From an uncultured Rhizobiaceae bacterium (GTDB taxonomy: Bacteria > Pseudomonadota > Alphaproteobacteria > UBA828), in NCBI GenBank assembly GCA_964413115.1, contig CAYPSQ010000006.1:28506-67462 (forward strand): DNA of 38,957 nucleotides, given 5' to 3'. Both the position numbers and the translations under genes were made by a program. The stretch's first letter is position 1. Every line of letters starts with the position of its first letter. Below, in pieces: positions 17,864 to 27,177 of this stretch. Below the pieces are notes generated by a model. That model saw only the letters and a list, made by a program, of their open reading frames with translations. It searched no databases and was not told the origin of the DNA.

Positions 17864-18588
17864 CTTGCCGCCTGTCCCAAGCTCGCTACTGGGTCGCTTT
17901 GCGGCAGATGCTGCACCAACCACACCATGGCATGGGAAATATTATGCACCACGGCTTCCCGCGCGGGGCTGCCTTTGCGCGAGCACAGTGCATCGACGAT
18001 CAGCATGTTGGTGGTAGCTGCCCGCTCCGCGAAGCGAATGTCGTCAAACAAATAATTAAGCGTTGGTCCGATGTGCAGCCAAATACCCTCAAACATATTC
18101 AGTAGGAGCGGTAAACTCGCGGTGCGATCAGAGGAAAAATGCATTTATTGATTTTTGGCGAAATAGGTCGGCGCATCGTGGTGCTCCGCAGCAGCGGATG
18201 CTTCGGCACAGAGGCCGCCTATGCGGTCGACCTCGCTATCGGGAATTAGTCGCGCCGCCTTCTCTGCGGCCAGTCCCTCCAGAGCAATCCGAACCTCGCA
18301 AACCTCGGCATATTTTGCACTGGCGACGATTGGCACTCGCGCTGTGCGATTGGGTCCTAGATCAAGAGCGCGCTCGGCAACAAGATATCTGAGTGCTTCG
18401 CGCACAGGCATGGCGCTGGTCTCCAATTAGCGGGCGAGCCCGCGAAGCGTCACCGCCTCGCTCGGCTGAAATTGGTCGACGATCAGATTGCGGAAAATTT
18501 TCTGATAGACATGTTCATGCAGGAGTAAGTCATCGGAGCTATTAAGATTTGCGTCTGATAGTCCGAGTGCTGAGGGAGCAAGCGCCAT
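17860..18588 (-). pseudogene. GntR family regulator (wHTH + FCD) interrupted by two in-frame TAA codons
   Basis: One 243-codon frame: …LHEHVYQKI…FQPSEAVTLRGLAR*LETSAMPVREALRYLVAERAL…PNRTARVP…EVRIALEGLAAEKAA…YFAKNQ*MHF…; stops at 18427-18429 and 18145-18147. Confidence 0.88.
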
Positions 18589-18594
18589 TCCGTT

Positions 18595-20790
18595 CTATTC
18601 TGCCGCTTCGCGAGCACCGTCACCCATTAACGCATGGATTCCGGCTACAACATCATCGACATCGGCCAGTGCTGCCTGCTCTAATATTTTGGAGACCACC
18701 GGCGCGGACTGGGTGCCACTGACACGGAGGATCTGGTGGTCGAGCCAATCGAACAGGCGCTCCTGGCCTTCCTGCACGATCCGAGCACCGAGCGAGGGGC
18801 CGCGCGCCGTTTGTTCCGCCACCAGCAGGCGGTTAGTGCGCTGCACGCTGGCACCGATGGTTTGCCAATCCATGCTGACCGAGTCCAACGTGCGCGGATC
18901 AATCACTTCGGCATCGACGCCGCTTTTCTCCACTGCCTCGAGGCATAATGGCACCATATTGCCGCAAGCAATTATCGTGCATGCCGTTCCCGGTCGGACG
19001 ATCCGCGCTTTGCCGAACGGGATGCAATAATCGAGATCATCGACTGGAACCAGACCCACCGCCTGATAAAGAGTTTGGCTCTCAATGATCACCACCGGAT
19101 CGTCGCAAATCACCGCCGAATTGAACAGGCCGATATAATCAAATGGCGTGGTCGGGCAAATGACTCGCCAGCCCGGCCACAAGGCGAACAATCCGCTAGG
19201 GTCCATGGAATGTTGCGAGCCATAGCCATGCCCACCGGCGGCGCGTATACGTACGATCAGCGGGACCGGCGAATCACCTCCGAACATATGCCGGACCTTG
19301 GCGATCTGGTTAAATAATTGATCGGCTGCGACAAGGCAGAAATCGGCATACATAATTTCGATAATCGGGCGCAGGCCGTTTATTGCGGCGCCGAGCCCCA
19401 TTCCCGTAAAGCCATTTTCGGCGATTGGCGTGGCGATCAGTCGGTCGGGGAATTTTTCAGCGATGCCTTTGGTCGCGCCTACGGTGCCGCCATTCAAACG
19501 GTGCACATCTTCGCCCAACACGATTACCCGATCGTCGCGTTCCATCGCATGAAGCTGAGCGGCGGCCATGGCTTCGATGAACTTCATTTCTTTGGATTGT
19601 GCTGGGTCGATATCCTCGACTTCCATCATACGTTGCCCGTCTAGTTCGCTGAGGTCGCCGCGGATTCCGCTTTCGACCGTGCCCGGATCGGGCCAAAGTG
19701 AAGGGACGATGCGCAACTGATTGGAACCAGGGTCATTTTCGGTTAGGGCCGCCGCCGCCGACGCGACGCTGTTGTCAGTTTTGTGATTGAGATGCTGCAA
19801 TTCTTTCTTGTTGATCACTCCGAGTGTCAGCAATTTCTCCGGCAGGACCTTGTACGGATCGCGCGCCCTCCAGGATTCTTCTTCCTTCTTTTCGCGGTAG
19901 CCGAAGGCGCTACCGCGCATCGGCCCATGCTGATGGAAAAAGCGGTAGGTTTGCGATTCGATCAGTACCGGGCCCTTGTCTTCGCGAATTTGTTTGAGCG
20001 CCCATTCCATTGCCTTGCGCATCGCCATGACATCCATACCGTCGACTTCAAGCGACGGTACAGCAAGGCCCTGGCCGCGCGCTGATAGGCGTGTCTCGCG
20101 TGTGGCATCCCGTACATGGGTAGAGACGCCATAGAGGTTGTTCTCAACGATAAATACCATCGGCAGATCGTAGAGCGCCGCCATGTTCAATGACTCGTAG
20201 GCGGCACCGTTCTGCATCGCGCCGTCGCCGAAGAAGGTGACAGTGATATTTCCGGTGCCCAGAATTTTATCAGCTAGTGCATATCCTGTCGCTTGCGGCG
20301 GGTTGCCGCCGACGATGGCGTTGGTGCCGAGAACGCCGGCTTCGTCGCGGCGCATGTGCATCGAACCGCCGCGACCGCCGCAATAGCCAGGCGTGAGACC
20401 CATTATTTCCGCCATTGAGCGATACACCGCGTCTTGCATTGCATCGGGTAAATCCGTACCGCGGGGATCATAGTCGGTTGGCATTTCATGATAGAGAAAG
20501 CGCGATAGAAATTGATGATGGGCACGGTGAGTCCCGTTTATCTTGTCGCCGGCGCCAAGTACCGACATCGCGGCGATAGCTCCGCCCTCCTGCCCGATGC
20601 TGGCATGGGCCGGACCATGCACGCAGCCTGCTTTGAATAAACTCAGGATGCGTTCTTCGAATTTCCGCACCAGAAGAAGCTGCTCCAGCAGCTGTGCTAA
20701 AATAACCGGATCTTCGTTTTTCCAGTCGGCGTCGGTGCTTTCAACGCGAAACCAAGGGGTGTTTGTCTTGAGTGGCGCAAGTTTCGGCAC
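18595..20790 (-). CDS. Fused 2-oxoacid/acetoin dehydrogenase E1 alpha+beta (ThDP-dependent)
   Basis: Alpha part: GPAHASIGQEG, GGRGGSMH, GDGA…ENN, TYRFFQH. Beta part: LGEDV, TPIAENGF, EIMYADF, GSQHS, EVIDPRTL. Confidence 0.92.
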   Translation of the reverse strand: MPKLAPLKTNTPWFRVESTDADWKNEDPVILAQLLEQLLLVRKFEERILSLFKAGCVHGPAHASIGQEGGAIAAMSVLGAGDKINGTHRAHHQFLSRFLYHEMPTDYDPRGTDLPDAMQDAVYRSMAEIMGLTPGYCGGRGGSMHMRRDEAGVLGTNAIVGGNPPQATGYALADKILGTGNITVTFFGDGAMQNGAAYESLNMAALYDLPMVFIVENNLYGVSTHVRDATRETRLSARGQGLAVPSLEVDGMDVMAMRKAMEWALKQIREDKGPVLIESQTYRFFHQHGPMRGSAFGYREKKEEESWRARDPYKVLPEKLLTLGVINKKELQHLNHKTDNSVASAAAALTENDPGSNQLRIVPSLWPDPGTVESGIRGDLSELDGQRMMEVEDIDPAQSKEMKFIEAMAAAQLHAMERDDRVIVLGEDVHRLNGGTVGATKGIAEKFPDRLIATPIAENGFTGMGLGAAINGLRPIIEIMYADFCLVAADQLFNQIAKVRHMFGGDSPVPLIVRIRAAGGHGYGSQHSMDPSGLFALWPGWRVICPTTPFDYIGLFNSAVICDDPVVIIESQTLYQAVGLVPVDDLDYCIPFGKARIVRPGTACTIIACGNMVPLCLEAVEKSGVDAEVIDPRTLDSVSMDWQTIGASVQRTNRLLVAEQTARGPSLGARIVQEGQERLFDWLDHQILRVSGTQSAPVVSKILEQAALADVDDVVAGIHALMGDGAREAAE

Positions 20791-20857
20791 GTCTACATCT
20801 CCACTAATTTATCATCTCCGGCGTGCTCGGACGCACGGAATTATTAATGCCATCTAG

Positions 20858-20891
20858 CGTGAGATCACATCACAGGTTACAAGGTATACCA
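20858..20891. promoter_or_regulatory. Candidate operator palindromes in the divergent promoter between the E1 operon and the carboxyltransferase operon
   Basis: Near-palindrome GTGAGATCAC at about 20859-20868 and perfect palindrome GGTATACC at 20883-20890; GntR-type assignment is inference. Confidence 0.3.
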
Positions 20892-20958
20892 GATCGCCGA
20901 GCGTGTCTGTAGCGCGGAGAATAACCGCCCCTCGGCCAGTGCGAGGAGAGACCATAGC

Positions 20959-21828
20959 GTGATTTACGACGAGCCTAAATTTTTACCTGGTGGAGACCGG
21001 TATATCGAAATGGAGCTGGGAGACGAGCTCAATTTCGACCTTAACTTTCTCGTGCACTCGCTCTCGGCGAAGGTACGGGAAGCGGAGATATCCGGGCTGA
21101 TTGAGTTGCTACCAAACATGGCCTCCATCGTTCTCAGCTACGACCCGGATAGGATCTCGTTCAGCGATTTGAAACGTGAAATTCTATCGCATTATCACGC
21201 TATGGGGTCGCTGGAAGATATAGAGTTGTTGAGTCCGATCTATTACATACCGGTGCTTTATTGTGACCATATCACGCGTGCCTGCTGGGAGGATTACTGC
21301 GCCAAGATCGGAGACAAGGAATATGATCCGGACCTCATGGTTCGGCTCAACGATCTTGACGGTTATGCCCAGCTTATCCGCATCCATTCCGGCACCGAAT
21401 ATTGGGTGTCGGCGCTCGGCTTTTACCCCGGCTTGGCATCGCTAATTGCGCTTGACCCGCGCTGCCGCATGACCGCACCAAAATATAATCCGCCGCGCAC
21501 CTGGACGCCCAAGGGCACGATCGGCTATGGCGGTTCAGTGACATGTGTATATCCCGCTAACACGCCGGGAGGGTATCAGGTCATTGGTCACACACCGGCT
21601 CCTGTTTGTGATATCGCCCAGCGCCTGCCTGCGTTTAAGGACAATTTGGCACTCCTGCGCCCGGGCGACCGAGTGCGCTTCTTGCCCATAGAGCGCGCGG
21701 AATACGATTATGTCGAGAGCCGGGTCGAAGAAGGCAGTTATGTCCACAACGTCGCGCACTACGCCAAGTTCTCCATCCGCGAATATCATCATTGGTTAGA
21801 AACACTCGATATGACAGAGCGGTTTTAA
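20959..21828 (+). CDS. Carboxyltransferase CT_C_D protein 1 (allophanate hydrolase subunit 1/PxpB-like, long form)
   Basis: GGDRYIEMELG, YWVSALGFYPG, LDPR…APKYNPPRTWTP, TPGGYQVIGHTP and RPGDRVRF. Confidence 0.88.
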   Translation: MIYDEPKFLPGGDRYIEMELGDELNFDLNFLVHSLSAKVREAEISGLIELLPNMASIVLSYDPDRISFSDLKREILSHYHAMGSLEDIELLSPIYYIPVLYCDHITRACWEDYCAKIGDKEYDPDLMVRLNDLDGYAQLIRIHSGTEYWVSALGFYPGLASLIALDPRCRMTAPKYNPPRTWTPKGTIGYGGSVTCVYPANTPGGYQVIGHTPAPVCDIAQRLPAFKDNLALLRPGDRVRFLPIERAEYDYVESRVEEGSYVHNVAHYAKFSIREYHHWLETLDMTERF

Positions 21829-21830
21829 CC

Positions 21831-22808
21831 ATGGCTATCACCATCGCAGTGGAGAAGGCTGGTCTAGAAACATCCGTGCAGGATTTCCCCGGTCGATACG
21901 GATTTTGGGAGCAAGGGTTTCCGCCTTCGGGCCCGTTCGATATGTGGTCATTTCGCCTCGCTAATATACTGGTCGGCAATGGAACCGCCGCCGCCGGATT
22001 GGAATGCCAGTTCATGGGCCCGACACTGGTTTTTAGCGACGATTGTGTAATTGCTCTTTGCGGTGCCGAAATGAACGCGACGCTCGACGGTGCCGCCATT
22101 CCCATGTGGGAAAGCCTGACTGTGTCTGCTGGCCAGAAATTAGCCTGTGGTTTTGCGAGCAAAGGGGCGCGTTCCTATCTCGCAATTTCGGGTGGCATAA
22201 ATGTTCCGCCGGTGCTGGGTGCGCGCGCCACGTTTCATATGGCCGGTATTGGCGGCGCCGACGGTCATGCCCTGAAGGATGGTCAAATTCTGCATGCAAA
22301 TGGTGGTGAGGGCGTTTCCGGACGGCGTGTCAAAGAGGCTTGCCGCCCAATGATCGCCGACGGTAAAGAGTGGCAGATTGAGGTTGTGCAGGGGCCTAAT
22401 GACGATTGGATTAGCGCAGAGGGGATTGAACGGTTCCTGGCCAGCGAGTGGAAGCTACAGGCGCGCAGCAATCGTACCGGCTATCGCTTGGAAGGGCCAG
22501 ATTGGCTGTTCGCTGAAAAGGCTAGCACCAAGGGATCTGAACATGGCGAGCACCCATCGAACATTCTAGATCACGGCTATCCGGTGGGCTCGGTCAATCT
22601 TTGCGGCCAGACGCCGATTATCCTGGTTAATGATGCACCGAGCGCCGGGGGCTTTATCAATCCGTTCACTGTCCCTTCGGCAGCATTTTGGAAGTTGGCC
22701 CAGTCCAAACCCAACGATATTTACCGATTTAACCGAATTTCAGTGGAGGAAGCGCAAGAGCTGCGCCGGACCATTGATGCGCTCTGTACCGAGGGGAGCA
22801 TCGCATGA
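21831..22808 (+). CDS. Carboxyltransferase CT_A_B protein 1 (allophanate hydrolase subunit 2/PxpC-like)
   Basis: GLETSVQDFPGR, PPSGPFD, ANILVGN, GARSYLAISGG, SNRTGYRL and TPIIL…AGGF. Confidence 0.88.
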   Translation: MAITIAVEKAGLETSVQDFPGRYGFWEQGFPPSGPFDMWSFRLANILVGNGTAAAGLECQFMGPTLVFSDDCVIALCGAEMNATLDGAAIPMWESLTVSAGQKLACGFASKGARSYLAISGGINVPPVLGARATFHMAGIGGADGHALKDGQILHANGGEGVSGRRVKEACRPMIADGKEWQIEVVQGPNDDWISAEGIERFLASEWKLQARSNRTGYRLEGPDWLFAEKASTKGSEHGEHPSNILDHGYPVGSVNLCGQTPIILVNDAPSAGGFINPFTVPSAAFWKLAQSKPNDIYRFNRISVEEAQELRRTIDALCTEGSIA

Positions 22809-23674
22809 GATTTGACGAGGTCAAGTTTCTACTGGGGGGCGATCAGTTTATCATGGTGCAGTTTGGCGACGATGGCAGCATCGATCTCAATTTTCTCGCC
22901 CTCGGCCTCACCGCTGCGCTCAAGCAAGATCAAACACGGGGCGTCATTGACATCAACCCGTCTTACAATTCCCTCGTCGTTGAATATGAATCCGACGAAA
23001 TATCCTACGTCGATTTGAAAACGGAACTGGTACGTCTGATAGACGATTTGGGTTCGATCGAGGAACTCGAGCTTGAGAGTCGTCTAGCCTATCTACCGGT
23101 GATGTATCTCGATCCCTGGACACGGGATTGCGTGTCTGACTACAGCAAGAAGATATCGCCGCGCGAATATGACCCAGACTTCGTCGCCCGCGTGAACGGC
23201 CTCGAAGACGCCAAGCAATTGGCGCGTGTTCATTCTGGCACTGAACATTGGGTGGTCGCGGTATGCTCGACGCCGGGTTTGCCTTTGTTGCGCGCGCTTG
23301 ATCCGAGATGCGCTATCACTTCACCCAAATATAATCCGCCGCGTACCTGGACAACGCTGGGCGCGATCGGTGTTGGTGGGCTCTCGACTTCGATCTACAC
23401 CACGCCTGGGCCGGGTGGCTATAATCTGATTGGTCGCACGCCGGTACCGCTCTGGGATCCGCGACAGCGTCACCCGATTTTTAAGGACCGCGTCGTGCTA
23501 CTCGACGCCGCCGACCGGGTAAAATTCGTCTGCATCGGGGCAGAAGAGTTCGAATATATTGAGGAGCGCGTGGCGGATGGCAGTTACGAGTTCAACATCA
23601 CTGCCTATCAGCGCTTCTCGGTCGGCGCCTACAAGAAGTGGGTAGGGTCGCTCGACGCCGCCGGGAAATTTTAG
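22805..23674 (+). CDS. Carboxyltransferase CT_C_D protein 2 (PxpB-like paralog)
   Basis: Colinear with 20959-21828 (both 289 aa): GGDQF, LDPR…SPKYNPPRTWT, GPGGYNLIGRTP; ATGA overlap with the upstream gene. Confidence 0.88.
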   Translation: MRFDEVKFLLGGDQFIMVQFGDDGSIDLNFLALGLTAALKQDQTRGVIDINPSYNSLVVEYESDEISYVDLKTELVRLIDDLGSIEELELESRLAYLPVMYLDPWTRDCVSDYSKKISPREYDPDFVARVNGLEDAKQLARVHSGTEHWVVAVCSTPGLPLLRALDPRCAITSPKYNPPRTWTTLGAIGVGGLSTSIYTTPGPGGYNLIGRTPVPLWDPRQRHPIFKDRVVLLDAADRVKFVCIGAEEFEYIEERVADGSYEFNITAYQRFSVGAYKKWVGSLDAAGKF

Positions 23675-23691
23675 CTAGAGAAGCAACAATC

Positions 23692-23790
23692 ATAACCGAA
23701 CGCATTCAATTTATCGGTCTTGGCGATATGGGTAAAGGCATGGTGAGATATCTTCAAAACAAGGGATACCAGCTAAACGTGCTCAATATC
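23692..23790 (+). pseudogene. N-terminal remnant of a 3-hydroxyisobutyrate/6-phosphogluconate dehydrogenase family oxidoreductase
   Basis: ITERIQFIGLGDMGKGMVRYLQNKGYQLNVLNI matches the IGFIGLGxMG Rossmann start; begins at ATA and similarity stops after about 33 codons. Confidence 0.7.
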
Positions 23791-23902
23791 GAGCCAGTTT
23801 GCGGAAGCGTCAGCCTGACGCACAGCACGAAGTTTCACGGCAAGATTTCTCTGCCTTCCCGGATCATTGTTATCGGCGTACTGGGGTGAAGGCGCCGCGC
23901 CT

Positions 23903-24877
23903 ATGATAGAGGTATTAAAAGCTGGACTCGAAACCTGTGTGCAGGATTATCCCGGCCGAAAGGGCGCCTTCGGCATGGGTTTTCCGCCGTCCGGGCCGAT
24001 CGATCATTGGTCCTTCCGCCTCGCCAACGTCCTGGTCGGCAATCCGCCCGGAGCAGCGGCGCTCGAATGCCAGTTCATCGGCCCAGCTCTAAAGTTTAAG
24101 GCAGCTACCGTGATCGCTATTTGCGGCGCCGACATGGCTGCCAAACTCGATGGTGTGCCAGTGCCACTTTGGCAAAGCTTCACCGTTGCTGCCGGGCAAG
24201 TGCTTGGATTGGGATCCGCGATAAATGGTGCACGCTCCTATATCGCGATTGCTGGCGGGATCGATACGCCGCCGTTTCTCGGCTCGCGTGCAACTTTTGT
24301 ACTCGGCAATTGCGGTGGCTTGAATGGTGCACCACTAAAAATAGGCAGCGAGATTCCCATTGGACCTGGGGAAGGCGTGCCAGAAAGAAGAGTTAAAGAG
24401 GCTTGCCGTCCGGCAATATCCGCGAACCAACGTTGGCAAATTGAAGTTTGCGCTGGACCCAATGATGACTGGATCGATGTTGCCGGGCAGAGACGCTTCC
24501 TGACGAGCGATTGGAAGCTCTCACCGAAAAGCAACCGCGTCGGCTTCCGCCTTGATGGCCCTGAATGGACGTTTGCCGATAAGGCTACAAACAAGGCGCC
24601 CGAGAACGGCTCCGACCCGTCCAACACAATTGATCACGGCTATCCCATCGGCGCGATCAATCTCTGCGGCCAGACGCCGATCATTCTGTTGCAGGATACC
24701 TTGACACTAGGTGGTTTTATCAACCCGTTCACGGTGCCTTCCGCTGCGTTCGGGAAGCTCGGCCAGTCGCGTCCCAACGATCATTATGAGTTCGAACTCA
24801 TCTCGGTGGAAGAGGCGCAGGCCCGCAAGCGCTCCATCAATGCGCTGTGCAGCGAAGACAGCATAGAAGCGGTGTAG
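23903..24877 (+). CDS. Carboxyltransferase CT_A_B protein 2 (PxpC-like paralog)
   Basis: Close paralog of 21831-22808 (GLETCVQDYPGR, PPSGPID, ECQFIGP, SNRVGFRLDGP, NLCGQTPIIL); ATG at 23903. Confidence 0.88.
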   Translation: MIEVLKAGLETCVQDYPGRKGAFGMGFPPSGPIDHWSFRLANVLVGNPPGAAALECQFIGPALKFKAATVIAICGADMAAKLDGVPVPLWQSFTVAAGQVLGLGSAINGARSYIAIAGGIDTPPFLGSRATFVLGNCGGLNGAPLKIGSEIPIGPGEGVPERRVKEACRPAISANQRWQIEVCAGPNDDWIDVAGQRRFLTSDWKLSPKSNRVGFRLDGPEWTFADKATNKAPENGSDPSNTIDHGYPIGAINLCGQTPIILLQDTLTLGGFINPFTVPSAAFGKLGQSRPNDHYEFELISVEEAQARKRSINALCSEDSIEAV

Positions 24878-24886
24878 GCCACCGGC

Positions 24887-26044
24887 ATGCGCATCGTCGA
24901 AATTCGCGAGAAAGCAGCACCCATGGGCGCCGCCATGCGCAATGCCGTCATCGATTTCAGCAAAATGACGGTGAGTGCTGTGGCCGTTATTACCGATGTA
25001 AAGCGCAACGGCAACCCGATCATCGGCTACGGCTTCAATTCGAACGGCCGTTATGCGCAAGGCGAAATCATCCGTACCCGTCTGGCGCCACGAATTCTGG
25101 AGTTGACACCAAAGCAGCAGCAGAACCTAACCGGCGATAATCTTGACCCTGCCGCCCTCCGTGCCGCCATGATGAAAAACGAAAAGCCCGGTGGTCATGG
25201 CGAGCGCGCCGTTGCCGTGGCTGCGGTCGAGATTGCTCTCTGGGACGCCGCCGCCAAGATCGCCGACCTTCCACTTTGGCGAATGCTCGGCGGCGATGCA
25301 GCCGAAAGTCGGGCGTTCGTCTATGCTGCAGGCGGCTATTACGATGATGAACAGGGCATCTCTGGCCTGTTGGAAGAGGTGCGCGGTTATTTGGACGCAG
25401 GCTATAGCTGGGTGAAGATCAAAGTTGGTGGTGCATCCATCGACGACGACATCAGGCGCATCGAATCTGTGCTGGAACTGTTGGACGGCGATGGTGGGCG
25501 CTTGGCGGTAGACGCGAATGGCCGCTTTGACATTGAGACCGCGCTCCAATATAGCGCGGTAATAGCGCCTTATTCCCTCCGCTGGTTCGAAGAACCCTGC
25601 GATCCTCTCGATTATGCACTTAACGCTGAAATTGTTCGGTGCTATCCGCACGCTGTCGCCACCGGCGAAAATTTACTTTCCGTGCAAGACGCCATCAACC
25701 TCATCCGCCATGGCGGCCTGCGCCGCGGCACTGACTATTTACAATTTGATCCAGCCCTGGCCTACGGCGTCCTAGAGACCACCGCCATCGTTGAGATGAT
25801 AGAGGAGCAAGGTTGGTCGCCGCGCCGCTTCATCCCACATGGCGGCAACCTTCTTGCTTTGGCACTAACCGGAGCGCTCAAATTGGGCGGCTGTGAATCT
25901 TACCCCGGCGTCTTCCAACCCTTTGGCGGCTTTGCCGACGACACCCCCATCGAAGATGGATATGTGGCGCTTCCAGATGCCCCGGGCATTGGCTTCGAAA
26001 CTAAAGCCGCGCTTTATAAAACGCTCAAGCAGTTGTTGGGTTAA
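24887..26044 (+). CDS. Mandelate racemase family protein 3, D-tartrate dehydratase (TarD)-like
   Basis: RNAVIDFSKMT, GYGFNSNGRYAQG, MKNEKPGGHGER, VYAAGGYY, KIKVG, VDANGRF, ATGENL and IPHGG; subfamily recognised from memory. Confidence 0.85.
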   Translation: MRIVEIREKAAPMGAAMRNAVIDFSKMTVSAVAVITDVKRNGNPIIGYGFNSNGRYAQGEIIRTRLAPRILELTPKQQQNLTGDNLDPAALRAAMMKNEKPGGHGERAVAVAAVEIALWDAAAKIADLPLWRMLGGDAAESRAFVYAAGGYYDDEQGISGLLEEVRGYLDAGYSWVKIKVGGASIDDDIRRIESVLELLDGDGGRLAVDANGRFDIETALQYSAVIAPYSLRWFEEPCDPLDYALNAEIVRCYPHAVATGENLLSVQDAINLIRHGGLRRGTDYLQFDPALAYGVLETTAIVEMIEEQGWSPRRFIPHGGNLLALALTGALKLGGCESYPGVFQPFGGFADDTPIEDGYVALPDAPGIGFETKAALYKTLKQLLG

Positions 26045-26057
26045 TCGGGCTGCGACT

Positions 26058-26912
26058 TCATTCAACCTGGACGCTATCTCCTTGGCGCAAATCGCCGCCC
26101 TGGATGACGAAACCGTAGACACCGACGCAAGGTAGTACTTCATTGTCGAGGACCGGCACCGGCAGACGGTTGTGTTTGACGATTGCTGGAAGGACATTCA
26201 TGTCTTTTTCGATGCCGCCATGCTGGGCCTGAGTCGGGATCAGGCATCTTGGCGTTGGGTCAGTGATGCGGAGACGCACGTCTTTGCCGATGGCGATAGT
26301 ACGCCCGACCCAGTCATTTTCAACAAAGCCGTTATGATCGTCCGCCGTCTCGATAATTAGGTTGGGGCGGAAGCGCTTGGCATCGAAGGTAATGCCAGGG
26401 CTGAGTTCAGATAGGTGGGCGAGAGTAGAAGTGGTCAGCATGTGAATTGCGGCATAATCCGAGAAGCGGCCTTCCATCATGATCTCGCCAATATCGAGAA
26501 TGGTTTCCTCGGCTTCCAGCGGGTCCATGCGCTCGAGGCTGACGGTCTCGGGGCGCACCGTCGTCAGCTTGACCGGCCGCCCCACAGTCTCGGACAGGCT
26601 GGCATCGGCATCGCCCATATCGCTGAACACGCTGTCCCCGCCTGGCCAGTTGATTTGCACCGGTGGCAACGGCGCACCGGCCCTGGGCGGCGCGCTATAG
26701 GCAGAGTTAAGGGTCAGCAGGTTGCCCCATTTTTTTGGCATTTTGGCGCTGCCGACCTTGCCGTTTTCCTGGTCGATCACGGCATAGCCGCGGTCGCCCA
26801 GTAGCCCGCCATCGGTGACGAGCGCTTCATTCAATTCTTCGCCGCCCATCGACTTCACGGCGTAGCGCCAAATATTCTGGATAGTTCCGACGGAGTTCGA
26901 TTGGCTGGACAT
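26058..26912 (-). CDS. MOSC domain protein (MOSC_N + MOSC, YcbX/mARC-like)
   Basis: IWRYAVKSMGGE, GLLGDRGYA, RFRPNLII, PTPRC and GVYG…GD.V. Confidence 0.9.
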   Translation of the reverse strand: MSSQSNSVGTIQNIWRYAVKSMGGEELNEALVTDGGLLGDRGYAVIDQENGKVGSAKMPKKWGNLLTLNSAYSAPPRAGAPLPPVQINWPGGDSVFSDMGDADASLSETVGRPVKLTTVRPETVSLERMDPLEAEETILDIGEIMMEGRFSDYAAIHMLTTSTLAHLSELSPGITFDAKRFRPNLIIETADDHNGFVENDWVGRTIAIGKDVRLRITDPTPRCLIPTQAQHGGIEKDMNVLPAIVKHNRLPVPVLDNEVLPCVGVYGFVIQGGDLRQGDSVQVE

Positions 26913-27177
26913 AAATTGCTCCTAGTTAGATATTGGCGGGAAGATAACCCAGTGGCGCCAGGGCTTCCACTTCGCAACGATCAAAGTTGTGTGTCACCGC
27001 TTCGAATATGCGTTCGACCTCGTTCGCCGAACGCGCATCGACTTCCAAGTCAAAGTTCGCATCTAATCCTGCTGTCGGCGGGAAAAGGACGTAAAATACC
27101 TCCTCAGGAGTAATTGTTCCGTTGCGTCCGGCACGCCATTATAACGTCTGCGGAATTCGACCGAGACCAAGCGCATT

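Noticed and set aside
17860-18588. Stop-codon reassignment or readthrough of TAA in the GntR gene
   Set aside because: TAA, TAG and TGA all end intact genes in this window, and other remnants have frameshifts; ordinary pseudogenisation is simpler.
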